Positions 51,405 through 63,696 of a stretch of DNA of 64,000 nt are shown in pieces. The stretch is from the NCBI RefSeq assembly GCF_018350175.1, contig NC_058368.1, positions 14,758,001-14,822,000 of the forward strand, read 5' to 3'. Numbering within the stretch: position 1 is the stretch's first letter; the number at the start of each line of letters is the position of its first letter. The position numbers were made by a program, and so were the translations under genes. A model generated the notes under the pieces. It was not told the DNA's origin. It saw nothing but the letters and a program-made list of their open reading frames with translations, and made no database searches. This stretch comes from Felis catus. Its lineage: Eukaryota.

Positions 51405-51530
51405 GTTGCCTGGGGAGCTCAGTCAGTTAAGCGTCTGACTCTTGATTTCACCTCAGATCATGATCTCATGGTTCATGGGATGGAGCCCCGCATCAGGTTC
51501 TGCACTGACAGCATGAAGCCTGCTTGGGAT

Positions 51531-51584
<54 letters not shown>

Positions 51585-51641
51585 CCTCCCCCCTTCTCAA
51601 AATAAATAAATAAACTTTTTTTTTCTTTCTTTTTTTTTTTT
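51405..51641 (+). mobile_element. CanSINE with T-rich terminus
   Basis: Body, long (CT)n, aataaataaataaac followed by a T-run. Confidence 0.88.
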
Positions 51642-51653
51642 AAGACAGAACTT

Positions 51654-51834
51654 GGGGCACCTGTGTGGCTCAGTCAGTTAAGCATCTGACTCTTGATTTC
51701 AGCTCAGGTCATGACTTCACGGTTCATGAGTTCAATCCCTGCATCTAGTTCTCTGCTGTCAGTGTGGAGCCTGCTTTGGATCCTCTGTCTCCCTCTCTCT
51801 CTGCTCCCCCCTTTCAAAAACAAGCATAAAAAAA
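51654..51834 (+). mobile_element. CanSINE
   Basis: TSD aagacagaactt (51642-51653) / aagaaagaactt (51835-51846). Confidence 0.9.
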
Positions 51835-53961
51835 AAGAAAGAACTTATCAAAATATCAGCACTGGTGATATCAGCACAGGGGACTGACCTTCTTATACAG
51901 ATGTAAGCTGCAGAACAGAGGGCTCTAGGTAGGGATGGATGAACAGCTATTGCAATGCCATGTGAGGGACCTCTGCCCTGGACACAGAGGTGGGCTGATA
52001 GCCTTCAAAACTCCTAGTGTGCAGCATTCATTGTCAATGTTATATTTGTAGGGTACTTCCCTGCCAACAATTCAGGTGTCAATGTGACTGAATACAATAA
52101 AAAGAAGCCCAGGGGGACCAGAAGAGAAAGTGTAAAGAAAAGACCACATGTGTCACACAATGTCTTGATTTCCCAACTAGAAAATCATCTATTTGTAGCA
52201 AAGGAACTACCTTATGCTGGAGTTAGATCCTGTCCCAAAGAATAATATTCTATATGTCTCCATAGCTTGGCAGCTATGAAATTTGAAAATATCACTATGT
52301 TCTGGGGAACTTTATATTATGCATGAGCTAAAATGTAGTTATGGTGGAGAAAGTCTCCCGAACCCTGAACCCCTCCAGTTTTACCACCGCTAAGAGGCAA
52401 ATGGGAACTTGCTGACAAGAGTAAGTACGTTACCAATGTGCTCTCTGGAACTCAAAACAAAGAAAAACCCTAAAACTCGATTTCAAACATCAGGCTGCGT
52501 TCTATAAATCAATGCAATCAAAATCATGCCAGATTTCCTATACAACAATGAAATGTCATGGAAACTTGGCAATTATTCAATAAGAAAGCTATCGAGTTTT
52601 TTTAAAAAATAAGAACCATACATTCCTAGAATTAACATTTATTGAAACAATAAAATATTCCAGCATGAAGTACCACGCATCTCAAAGAAATATGCCCACA
52701 GATTCAATTTAAACTGGCCATATAATCCAATTAAAATTTAAATCTATAAAGAGAAGTCAGTCTATTATGACCCCATTAGTCATTTCCCACAATATTTTTC
52801 CAAAGGAATAAAATACACTACGGCAAGAAGCACCATGTAATATTTTGAGTCAAAGTTCAGGGCCAGAGATCCGTTGGCATTTTTAGACATAAGCAATATT
52901 AAAAGTCTTATGATGGGTCGGCTGGTCATATTTCATCTAAGTGCAGTAAATGCACAGTTATCTGTGCCTAGCATACTGCCTGGCACATGCTAAATTAGCT
53001 TAGCCTATTGAATAAATGATGGATGCGTGAAAAAATGAGTTTTGTTAGCAGTAGCTAAAAATTCATTCTGTGAGGAGGCCTATCCAGACTCGGAGCATTT
53101 TCCTAGTGTTTGTAATGACTTATGGTTTCCTAGCATCACTAGCCCTGGGACAGAGTAATGGGGCCACCAAAAATCCCACAGACCCAAATCTATGTGGACA
53201 TACAGGCTGGGACCCTTGAATGTTGTCCATTTTAAGAGTCTGACAGATTCTAGATGTGGTTTGGTTTAATCTTCCAGAGATTCCCTCCAGAGAAGGGTGG
53301 ATATCTTCAAAGGCCCCTTAATTCCCTCTTACCTCCACCACAGGAATAGAAGTAGAGAGTGGGAAGAAAGCAACAGATAATCGCTTTTTGGTTCTAAAGA
53401 GCACCAGAACCAAATCTTGGTGACATCTGCCTCCAATTAAGCCCTGCAAATGAATCTACGTGGCTGAGTCCAGCTGCAGTCCACTAGGAGGTATATTTTA
53501 GCTGAGGTGTCATTCACTAACATCATTCACTAAGTAACAAGGAACACAGTTCTGAACGTGCTTTGACATTTAGTATCTCATTTGAGGTCCATTACAACCC
53601 AGGAAAAAAAGGTGTTTCCCGGAATAGGAAGCAGGCTCAGAGATACAAAGACCACACAGCAAGCAGGACATGGAACTTGGACTACACCTGTCTTCTAACC
53701 TTACTCCAAGACTGCTTCCACTATTCTAGGTTCTAACCCCATTTTCTTACTACCCAGAGTTGGGGAAAACAATCAAAATCATTGCTTGGTGAAGGGTGCC
53801 TAATGCAGCTTCTGTCTCATCTCACTCAGGACACGGGTCCCTGGAAAGTGGTCAGGATGGAGTATTTCCAGAAATGTTTTACGAAGTGGATTCTGGGCAC
53901 CCACCAGCAGGGAGTCCATAAGAGAAGCCAAAGAAATGTTCCTTCTGGAATCACATGCCCA

Positions 53962-54155
53962 GGGGGCACCTGGGTGGCTTAGTCAGATCTGACTTCAGCT
54001 TAGGTCATGATCTCGCAGCTTGTGAGTTTGAGCCCCACATCAGGCTAGCTGCTGTCAGAGCATAGCCTGATTCGGATCCTCTGTCCCCCTCCGCCCTCTC
54101 TCTGCCCCTTCCCCACTTGTGCTCTATCTCTCCCTCAAAAACAAAGAAACCTTTA
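53962..54155 (+). mobile_element. CanSINE
   Basis: TSD gaatcacatgccca (53948-53961) / gaatcacataccca (54156-54169). Confidence 0.92.
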
Positions 54156-55293
54156 GAATCACATACCCAAGAAGCACACTGTACTTCAGATGGGTGTGTC
54201 TAGTACAGGGAGAACCTGGCCTGGCACTCCTCAGAAATAGGACATTACGCACACAAGTACATGCACACACATGGACACACACACACATGGTATCCCGAAA
54301 GTCTTCGTGCAGTTTTAAACTTCCAAAACTTCAAAAGTATAAATGCTGCAAACTTACAAAACTCATGTGAAAGCCCAATAATTTAAATTTCTTCTCTTTT
54401 CTACACTATACTTACTCTACTTGTATACTAGCTTGTGAATTTTGAAGAGCACTTTTAATCTTACCTTTCGGTCAACATTTGCCATGTTCAATCAGGCGGA
54501 TTGAAAGGTTTTATGATATATGACGTGCCTACAATCCATTCGGCAAATGAGCCACATCTCACAAGAAGCCTGCAGTCAAGTAAAATCTTCACATGCATGC
54601 TCTACTGTTAAAACTACATTACTCCTAATTAAGCTTGTAAAACTGGCTTTTTTTTTTAAACAAAAAAATACCCGAAGCACTACTTTTTGTTAATACCAAT
54701 TTAATTTTATCTTCTTGGATACAATCCATTCTGTTAAAATCCTTGTGGATCCTTGTTTTCCTACCAGATGATTTCATCCATGCACCATCAATGTTCTCAA
54801 ATGGGCATTTCTAGCCACACTCAACTACACAGAATCCAAGGCAGAACCCTATTGGTGTGATTCTCAGCGTACAAACAGTCCCTCTCTTCAGGGACCTCTG
54901 AGTGAATTCTAACAGAGACCTCCGCCACCACATGGACATCAGCCTCTTGGACAAGGCAACTCAGTTCAATCAATTAAAAACACAACCACCTATGTCATTC
55001 AGACCATATATTTTTATCTTAGTCAAAAGGATTCCAGGAGAGGCCCTGTCAAATGCACTGCTGACCATTTACTCAGACCATCTCACAGCATTCTTCTGAT
55101 CCACGAGATGAGTGACCCTACCTGTGAAAGGTCAGACGAGGGGACAGTCTTGTCACAGCTCTGTTGTCTAGGTATTGTACTGATTAATATAAAGCTATAA
55201 CTGTGAAAATCTAAAGACAGGCCAAAACAAACAAATAAAAATGAGTTTATTTGTAACTCAAGTTGAAATAAAATCTGGACAACCTCAAACATC

Positions 55294-55742
55294 TGTGGTG
55301 GGTTGAATTGTGTCCCCCAAAAGATATGTTAAAGTCCTACCCCTGGTACCTGTGAACGTGACCTTATTTGGAAATTAGGGTCTTTGCAGATGTAATCATG
55401 TTAAAATGAGGTCATACTGGATTAGGATGGGACTTAGTTCAATTACTGGGGTCCTTAGAAGAAGAGGAAAATTTGCACACACAGAAAATTAGGCCTTGTG
55501 AGGCTGGAGGCAGACCCTGGAGTAATGGTGCAGGAAGCCAAGGGATTCCAAAAATTGCCAACAACCACCAGAAACTAGGATTATAGCTTAGAAGGCATCT
55601 TACCCAGAGACTTCGGAGACAGAAATTTTCCTATATCTTGAGGTTAGATTTTTGGCCTCCAGAACTGTTAGAAAATCAATTTCTGTTGTTGGAAGCCACC
55701 TAGTTTACAGTGCTTTCTTACAGCAGCCCTAGGAAGCTAGTA
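55294..55742 (+). mobile_element. MLT1 (MaLR) solo LTR, MLT1B/C-like
   Basis: tgtggtgggttgaattgtgtcccccaaaagatatg...gtctttgcagatgtaat...ggcctccagaactg...acagcagccctaggaa; 5-bp TSD ACATC at 55289-55293 and 55743-55747. Confidence 0.92.
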
Positions 55743-57142
55743 ACATCTGTGCAAAAATATGTAAGTCTGAAGTAATGGCGATTAACATCAGATTCAAGAG
55801 CACTCAGGAATTGGTAAAAAAAGAGGATGAGAAATACTTAGATTCCTGAGCAGGTGGCAGGCTAGGCAGGGGTGAGGTAAATGGGTGAAGGCACTGGCCT
55901 AGCAGGTTTGGGGGCTGTTGGCTTGAAGCTGGGGGGGGGGGGACAGACAGAAGGTGACATCCCGTGACAAGCTCATCACCGAGGGGTTAATCGCCCCTCC
56001 TAGGTGTGAGGTGGGCATTTCTCAACAAAATCCTCTCATTTTTTAATGGCAACAAAATCACCAATTTGTCAGTTTATCATCAATATATAAGCAAAACTAT
56101 GTTAAGCTTCCTGTCTCCAATTTGGCATTTTCCTTGACTATGTTTCATCATTCTAAATGAGACAGCAGCCCATGCAGGGGAAGGAGCTGTTGGCCTGTCT
56201 GTCTCTATATATAGCGCTGTATCCACCATTTTTCAAAGGTGCTAAGACTCCACCGATTGATGACGATATTGCTTAAAATGGGTTACATTTTAAGCTGGAA
56301 AAAAGAAGGCATTTTTTCCCCGCATGTGAAAATTTAGGGGAGGAAGGATGCTCCCTCACAGTTTCTAATATTGATCTGGCTCCAATGCAGCCCACGAAAT
56401 GTAAGTCTATAATGGCAGAATTCCTCACTGGAAAGACCTTACAAGCCATCTCCAGGAGCTGGCCCAGCAGTAATTAGGGGGACGTATTCTTGCTGATCCT
56501 GAGCACCCAGGGAGCTGGGTTAATTTTGAAAGACAAAATAAAAGTGCTGCCTTGTGGCAAAAGGCCACTTCTTGATGCCACTAAATCAAGCCCAGCCTTG
56601 CTTGAGTATTAATTCTGAAGATGTCTGTATCCCCCACTGATACTCCTTTTAGGAAGCTAGTATGGAACAGGCCAAATGAAGCCGCAACGTGCAAATACCA
56701 TTTAGCAAGTACAGATAAGCTGGGATAAATCATCCCAGAGCACTTAAAAAAAGATTCAAATTTTAATACATTAGCACTAGAACATGCTGTACAAGCAACA
56801 GGGAAATTGCAGTTGTCAATGTGTGAATTTAGTCTCAGAGTAAGTTCATCCAAGGAAGTAAAATCTCAATTTAGATTCTTTTTTCTACCCCTTCCCCCAA
56901 TCCACGTGTTTCTTTAAGGATGGAGGAGGACACTGTTACTCAGCAAATGGATATCACACCAAGAAATGGTTAGGGTATATTCATCGGGGGTAATAACTTG
57001 AAGTTCGCACTTTCTCACTGAAATAGTTTGAAGTGGTCCTTCAAAGTGGCAAAGCATAAATGATGGGCAAGGTGTCTGATCCACGTGTGTTCACGTGCAC
57101 TGCTGTACGTGTATGTAGATATCTAGCTAGCTAGCTGCCTTT

Positions 57143-57448
57143 AAAAAAATATATTTTAAATGTTTATTTAGGGGCGTCTAGGTGGTTCAGTTGGTTAAGC
57201 ATCCAACTTCGGCTCAGGTTATGATTTCATGGAATTTGAGCCCCATATGGGGCTCTCTGCTGTCAGCACGGAGCCCACTTCGGATCCTCTGTCCTCTCTC
57301 TCTCTGCTCCTCCCCTGTTAGCATGAGAGCATTCTCTCTCTCTCTCTCTCACAAATGTTTATTTATTTTGAGAGAGAGAGAGTGCATGCAAGCAGGGGAG
57401 GGGCAAGCAAGAGAAGGGGAGGGAGAGAGAAGGAGTGGGGGTAGGGGC

Positions 57449-57515
<67 letters not shown>

Positions 57516-57638
57516 CCCAAGCAGGCTCCACGCGCAGCTCGGAGCCCATTGCAGGACCTGGATCTCGTGAGAGTGAGATCATGACCTAGCCCATATCAAG
57601 AGTCTGAAGCTTAACTAACTGAGCCACCCAGGTGCCCC
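57143..57638 (-). mobile_element. CanSINE (outer) with long (GA)n, tail split by inner SINE
   Basis: Head ends at 57638; tail segment at 57143-57170; degenerate TSD tagctgccttt / tatctgcattt. Confidence 0.88.
57171..57352 (+). mobile_element. CanSINE (inner), lacking A tail
   Basis: 13-bp TSD aaatgtttattta at 57158-57170 and 57353-57365. Confidence 0.9.
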
Positions 57639-59494
57639 TATCTGCATTTTTTTAAATGAGAAAGGATTCTAAGGGGAAATCACAAAGGATTTCCTGGTAT
57701 TTTTCTGTTGTGCTTTCCAGAAAGCCTGTCTATTGTTACAGGGGAATAGGACAAGTTGCAGCATAGGGTGTGAGAGCACATTGCAGGGAAGGCAAAGCCC
57801 AACCCAGAGGCCTCTCCGGGAGGGGCTGGGCCAGGGGAGGTCCCAGGCCTACCTGGAGGCCTGATAGACACTTCGGCAGCCCCAGGTCAACACTGCTGAC
57901 TTGACACTGAACTGTATTCCAGCCGGAATCTGACAGCTTGTTTTCTATCGAGGTAACAAATGAAACTTTCATTTCAGAACGTTATCTGTTCTCTCAGACT
58001 ATTCTATCAGAAGCAGCTATTTTCTTTAAATTGAAAGTCAAGGCAGTTTATTTTTCTCGAAACTGTGTTGTTGGCTCCTGCCTGACTCCTAACATTCTCT
58101 TGTTTTGCACAATGGCAGAGCAGTCTCATCCCGTAGAAGGCAGGGGTGGGATGGGAGAGTCCTCCCAGAGGGCACCCTGTGTATGATAGATTTACATAAA
58201 TCCTGGCCCCCAAAAGGCACATCAATCAGAGATAAAGATGGAATGTATTTAGAGAAAATGTATTTAGAGGGAAGGATACCGACATCACTCTTTCAACTAG
58301 GTTTTTTTTGAAGCAAAATAACTTAAATCTCTTCAAATGACACTTCTATCATATTATCTATCTATCTATCCAACCAACGTATTATGTCATATCTCATGTC
58401 AAATATATATGTCCATTGGGCATTCGAAGTTTTCACAATACGGGGGAAATCTTTCTAATTCCTATCCCTCCCCACACACCCTAAGTCATTTTTAAATGAT
58501 GAAATAATTGTACTATGTTCAAATGCATATAGATGATATGCGTATATACCATTAATATAGATACTATATGTGAACATACATCAGCAGAGGCGGGGCAGGA
58601 CCCCTCCATCACATCACTTACCCTACCAAGTCGGCACTCAAGTATTTCCCATCCACTTTGTCAAAAGCTCACTAATTTGTTTCCACATGCATTTTAGTAT
58701 AAAATCCATTATCACTTCAAAAAGCACTTCCCACTAGCTAGAGTCTGAATTTTCCATAAATATGTAATATCTCCCAATTAAATTAGAAGTAATACGATTA
58801 AGGAGAGGTCTCTCTTTTTTTCAGTGCAATAATCTTTTCTGTGATGCTGTTAGGACTCTTGAGATGACTTATGGCATCAAAAAAAAATCATTCTTGAAGT
58901 CACAATTTTTCATATTCATTTCCTGAGACAATTCTTTCCCTCTTGATCAACTGTCTCTTCTCTATTTTTTACAATCACATTCCAGTTTGAATCCAAGGAC
59001 CTACCCTCCTCCTTTTGGTCTCTCACAGATGCTAATGACATACAAATTCTGTAGTCGTTAAAGAAAAAGGGATACCTAGCCACTGTCCCCAGTTAGGAAC
59101 CTAAAAGTAGGTAAAGTGAAAGCTTCACAGAGAAACACACTCAATAATTTTATGATTACAAAGCTCTCAACTACACATGTTGACAAAAATAGATCATTAA
59201 AAATGTAGAAATCTGCATCATGGTCTTCTATAAAACATCAATTTAGTTATTAAACGGTTATAAATTAGCCATTGGTAATTTACTCTTCTGAATGATTTAA
59301 CCTTTCCAATTATCATTTCATCTGTTTTCTATATAAAAAAAATCAAAGAAATTCTAGATATGGAAAAGACATGCTGGGTGAGGATCTGAAACTGATTTGG
59401 TAGCTTTGGGGTTGACATAATCTTGGCCTGGTGTGGCTCATTTTGGAAAGCTGCCTCAAATTTCCCCTGGTTTTGAACTTTTTTTTTTCCTTAC

Positions 59495-59594
59495 CACTTT
59501 CATCTAGCAAGAAATCATCCTGGTAACGGAACTTCTCCGGTCCACATGCAATAAAAATGTCATCGTCACCAAAAAAGTCCTGAAGGCACATCAC
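59495..59594 (-). CDS. DCLK1: DCLK1 internal coding exon (100 bp, probably exon 4), C-terminal part of second doublecortin domain
   Basis: Minus-strand translation [33 protein letters not shown] matches the DCLK1 DCX2 C-terminus as I recall it (DCX has [28 protein letters not shown]). Acceptor ttttctcttgtag|GTG (AG at 59596-59595), donor AGTG|gtaagg (GT at 59494-59493). Starts in phase 0, ends in phase 1. Exon number is from memory. Confidence 0.95.
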
Positions 59595-59635
59595 CTACAA
59601 GAGAAAAGCATGGCACTCAGCAAGGGGTCAGCAGA
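59595..59635 (-). promoter_or_regulatory. DCLK1: 3' splice site, polypyrimidine tract and candidate branch point of the DCLK1 exon
   Basis: Minus strand reads ctgCTGACcccttgctgagtgccatgcttttctcttgtAG; the CTGAC branch A at 59628 is about 33 nt upstream of the AG. Confidence 0.7.
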
Positions 59636-60152
59636 ACAGCAATTACAACATTGCATCCTGGCAAGTAGACATCTGCATAAAGCCACTTCCCACGTCTAAT
59701 GGAATCAACAGGACAGCCTCTCCAGAGGAATTTCAAAAAAAGGTTTCCAGCATCTGTTACTAGTAAGAAACATGTTACATTTCAGTTGCGCAGGAAGACG
59801 GGATAAGGAAAATAGAACCGGTAACTGTCACATTTATGACTTGACATATCAATAGGCTATGAGGTAAGAGCCCTTTATTTTCATAATACAGTGGATGCAG
59901 CAAGATGTGGAAAAGGAACACCCCTTTATTCTTTTGAATGTAATATTCCTCGATAGCAATAAAAGTCAGCATATGATTTTAGCAACAAATATAGTAAACG
60001 TGTGGTGGTTACTAGGGTAACTACTGAAGAAAAATACCTGTATCAGAGTATGATTATATCATCCTCACATTATGATGTGATTATATCATACACATTATGA
60101 ATATAATGATCTCCTTTAGACCCATTCTACCTCCAGTTGACATAGAAATGGA

Positions 60153-60296
60153 GGGGCACCTGGGTGGCTCCGTCAGTTAAGCATCTGAGTCTTGATTTGG
60201 GCTCAGGTCATCTCACGGTGCATGGAACCGTGCCCTCCTCTGCCCTCCTCCCCTCCACCTCCCATCAAAATAAATAAATCCACTTAAAAAAAAAAC
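60153..60296 (+). mobile_element. CanSINE with internal deletion
   Basis: TSD agaaatgga at 60144-60152 and 60297-60305. Confidence 0.88.
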
Positions 60297-61186
60297 AGAA
60301 ATGGAAATGGAAGTCCTCACAAGAGGAATAATAGAATAGTTATTTCTTAAATTCAGATACAGAGACGGGGCAACTCAAGTTACGGTGTATGCCCACAACT
60401 CAAGTGATACTAAACTTTAAAACTCCTGTGCTGCCCAGCTTCTTGTAGTTACGCCAGAGGAAAGTTTTAAAACAACCTTTGGATATTTATTCAGCTTATT
60501 CTCCAGTAAGAACTTTAAGAGAGCTAAATGTTGTTTTTCAAGCACATGTGGTCAAAATGAAAAATTTCAAGCACACGGCTCTCTGTCTCTGGATGTGTGG
60601 TGTAATATTTTGCTCACAATATGTATGATGCCAACACAAGGCACTGGGAACACTACTGATTTCTATCTATTTTCAATTTCCTTTGCTTGGAGCAAATCAT
60701 AAAGCAGCCAAATGAAGGCACCCATTCAGAGCTGTATGAAATAGACTCTCTAATAGCATTTTCCCTTGGATATCTGAGGACCACAGAAAAATCCCCTGGA
60801 TCCTTGGGGCCTCTGTTTACTAGTAGCACTCCCTTATTTGTCTGCAGTCAGCTGCAGGGCATATCTGGGGTTCTGCTCTATTTCAGTGCTGGGTGGCACT
60901 GCTCTGACACATCAAAGGTGCTGTAAGCCTTGCAGTAGTAAGTTGGGAGAACACAGCCTTGCTTAGAGACCCCAAACACAGTCATGTGTAGCCTGCAGAT
61001 AGTTTTGCCAAGTAGGCTCTCATTTCCAAATAATCGCTTGGCTGAAATTTTAAGAATGAAATTGCTATAATAGTATGATAATCGCATTAAGTGTGAGTGA
61101 GGTACACCCACGAAAGATTTCTGAAAAGCTTGAAAATATAGGTGATTTAAGAGGGACACTGTAATTGTCATAAAAAATAGACTAAA

Positions 61187-61353
61187 GGGGCACCAGGGTG
61201 GCCCAGTTGGTTAAGCGTCCAACTTCCGCTCAGGTCATGATCTCACAGTCCGTGGGTTCGAGCCCCATGTTGGGATCTGTGCTGATAGCTCAGAGCCTAG
61301 AGCCTGCTTCGGATTCTGTGTCTCCCTCTCTCTCCGCCCCTCCCCAGCTTGCA

Positions 61354-61386
<33 letters not shown>

Positions 61387-61420
61387 AAAAATAAATAAAC
61401 ATTAAAAAAAAAAAAAAAAG
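61187..61420 (+). mobile_element. CanSINE
   Basis: Full body, A tail; TSD tagactaaa at 61178-61186 and 61421-61429. Confidence 0.95.
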
Positions 61421-61763
61421 TAGACTAAAGATCTTCAAGAGTGGTGTCAGAAGCTCTGGTCTTCTACTTGGGTTAAAAACAGGCCCTTTGAATTCAGAAC
61501 CCACTCCATTTCACTCCTCCCTTTCTGTCTGATCTCATCTGTGACCCTGTTTATCTTTATCTTCAAGACAAGCACTCCACCCCAGCCTTTTCGATCAGTG
61601 GTTGATGTCATCCCAACCAACCCATACAGACCATTTTCCTTTTACATGCGTAAGTCTTCATAGTGCCTACTATATGCGAGTTAGCATAGAGCACATACAG
61701 ACAAAAATGAATAAAAGGTGGTCTCTCCCTCAGACAAAAATATGAACAATTAACCTTAAAAGG

Positions 61764-62090
61764 CAGTGTTTCCTGGAGTGCAAATGGTCAATAAGTTTTG
61801 TGAAAAAAAAAGGGAGGGGAGTTCCCTATGGCCAAACAGATTTAGTAAATACTGAGTTCATCCAATATAAACAGGTTTCTTTATTTCCAGTCTTTGCAAA
61901 GCCCTAACATGCTAATGTGCACCATAATTCCAAACAGGAGATAGAAAATCCAGTATTTCCCAATCTTATTTGATTCCAGAACTCTTTTTCACATAGTATC
62001 ATAGGGACTACTGTGTAACGTGGTTCTCTTGGGGTCTGCACTGACAGACAGAGTTGAAAAGAACTCTGGGAACACACAATGGGAAGAACA
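61764..62090. mobile_element. Possible hAT-Charlie DNA transposon remnant
   Basis: Starts cagtgtttcc and ends ...ggaacacacaatgggaa, resembling Charlie termini. Confidence 0.35.
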
Positions 62091-62399
62091 GTTAACCCAC
62101 TCTCCTGGGCAGCCACATTTCTTCAGCTGATAAATATTTATTTGCTAGATTTTTTTACTCCTTCAAACACCTATGATGGGCCTACTCTGTTGCTAAGCTT
62201 TGTGCCAAACATTATGATAACAAAACTTAATAGATGAAAAACATTGTTTTCCAAAGAAAATTGTCCTTCTGTTCCACATATTCCCCTCATTTGTATTCTA
62301 GAACATCAGACTGCCAATCAGATCACATTCATCAATGTGTGCATGTCTTATGTTATCGCTAAGCAGGCAGATAACTATCATCAAAACTATAACACGTGA

Positions 62400-62613
62400 G
62401 GGCCACCTGGGTGGCTAGTCGGTTAAGCGTCTGACTTCACCTCGGGTCATGATCTTACAGTTTGTGGGTTTGAGCCCCACATCGGGCTCTGTGCTGATAA
62501 TGCAGAGCCTGGAGCCTGCTTCGGATTCTGTGTTTCCCTCTCTCTCTGCTCCCCCACCATTTATGCTCTGTCTCTCAAAAATAAATGTTAAAAAAAAAAC
62601 TAAAAAATAAAAA
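62400..62613 (+). mobile_element. CanSINE
   Basis: TSD aaaactataacac at 62383-62395 and 62614-62626. Confidence 0.93.
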
Positions 62614-63428
62614 AAAACTATAACACATAAGCAGGTTGCCAGCCAACTAACTCCCTTCCATCATATACCCATAGCCATCCTTTAAGCCCAAGACTCAAAG
62701 AACACAGCAGCCAATGATCCAGCTTGGACAGTTTAGGTTTAATTCTGTTGGCAAGTGGGAAATGAAACATGATGAACTTTTGATGTTGTTTCCAACTCCA
62801 GGATTCCAAGAACATAAAAGGAATGTAGCAATTGTTAAAGAAAAGTAACTGTCATCACCCAGCACAAAAAGACAGGAAAAGGCCGTTTCAGTGCCAAGCA
62901 ACATGTATTCATTTACCTCTCAATCTCCAGTGACTAAAATCAAAGAATTTGTTAAACTATCAGAAATTGTAACATTTTCTGTGCTCTCTGCTCTGGCATC
63001 ATTTAGCCGTTTCCCTGCTCATAACCTCCCACTGCAGAAGTTGGGTATGGTCAGTAGATCACATTCAAATTTAGAAAACTGCTTCTTGTTAGAAGCCCTG
63101 ATAAAAGATTTGATAGTAAAGGAGGCTTAAACACAAAGTTATGAAAAAGATGGATTTCGGATACTCTGAGCACTTCAATTACTGGTGCTCTCACCCTCTA
63201 TCATTGATCTAGAGGTGGCTGTAACGTATTCCATCTAACAAAATAGAGTAACAGAAGACGACGTATAACCCTCTTCTCTAGGCCAACATACTGTGAGAAT
63301 TTTCCTTCAGGCATTACTGGACATTCTGATATCAAAGGATTAAGACAGATAGAGAAGTGTAAAACCAACGTTTTGCATAAAGATCTGATTTTATATGTCT
63401 ATACGGTGTTGTTAAATGTGAAGTTCCC

Positions 63429-63604
63429 AGGACACCTGGGTGGTTCAGTCAACTGAGCATCAGACTCTTGATTTCAACTCAGGTCATGATCCCAGGATTG
63501 AGCCCTGCATCGTGCTCTGCATTGAGCACGGAGCCTGCTTATGGTTCTCCCTTCTCCTCTTCCTCCCTCCACCCCTCTCCTCTGCTCCTGCTCTCACTCT
63601 CTCC

Positions 63605-63643
<39 letters not shown>

Positions 63644-63645
63644 AT
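63429..63645 (+). mobile_element. CanSINE with (TAAA)n tail
   Basis: Head ggacacctgggtggttcag; about 10 TAAA units at 63606-63645. Confidence 0.88.
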
Positions 63646-63696
63646 TTGAGGTTCTTGAAATTCAGTGTGATAACAAGCTTAAAAAAGCAAGTTCCT

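Larger units (their letters stand above)
51320..52020 (+). mobile_element. L3/CR1 3' piece, interrupted by two SINEs
   Basis: gagggcagaatcaggact...aagctagaaagagatt...caatataagaaagaactt, resuming after 51846. Confidence 0.55.
1..59494 (-). other. DCLK1: DCLK1 intron downstream of the exon (>59 kb, continues past window start)
   Basis: GT donor at 59494. I did not find the expected next exon (ECRVVKSTSYTK...) in the window; sequence is repeat-rich. Confidence 0.8.

Noticed and set aside
53387..53414. Hairpin tttggttct-N10-agaaccaaa
   Set aside because: A 9-bp AT-rich stem is expected by chance and too short for a pre-miRNA.
59343..59494. Extension of the 83-aa ORF past the exon ([12 protein letters not shown]...)
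   Set aside because: It reads through a strong gtaagg donor into intron and has no DCLK1 similarity. The 'start' is the GTG at the splice acceptor. No evidence for an intron-retaining isoform.
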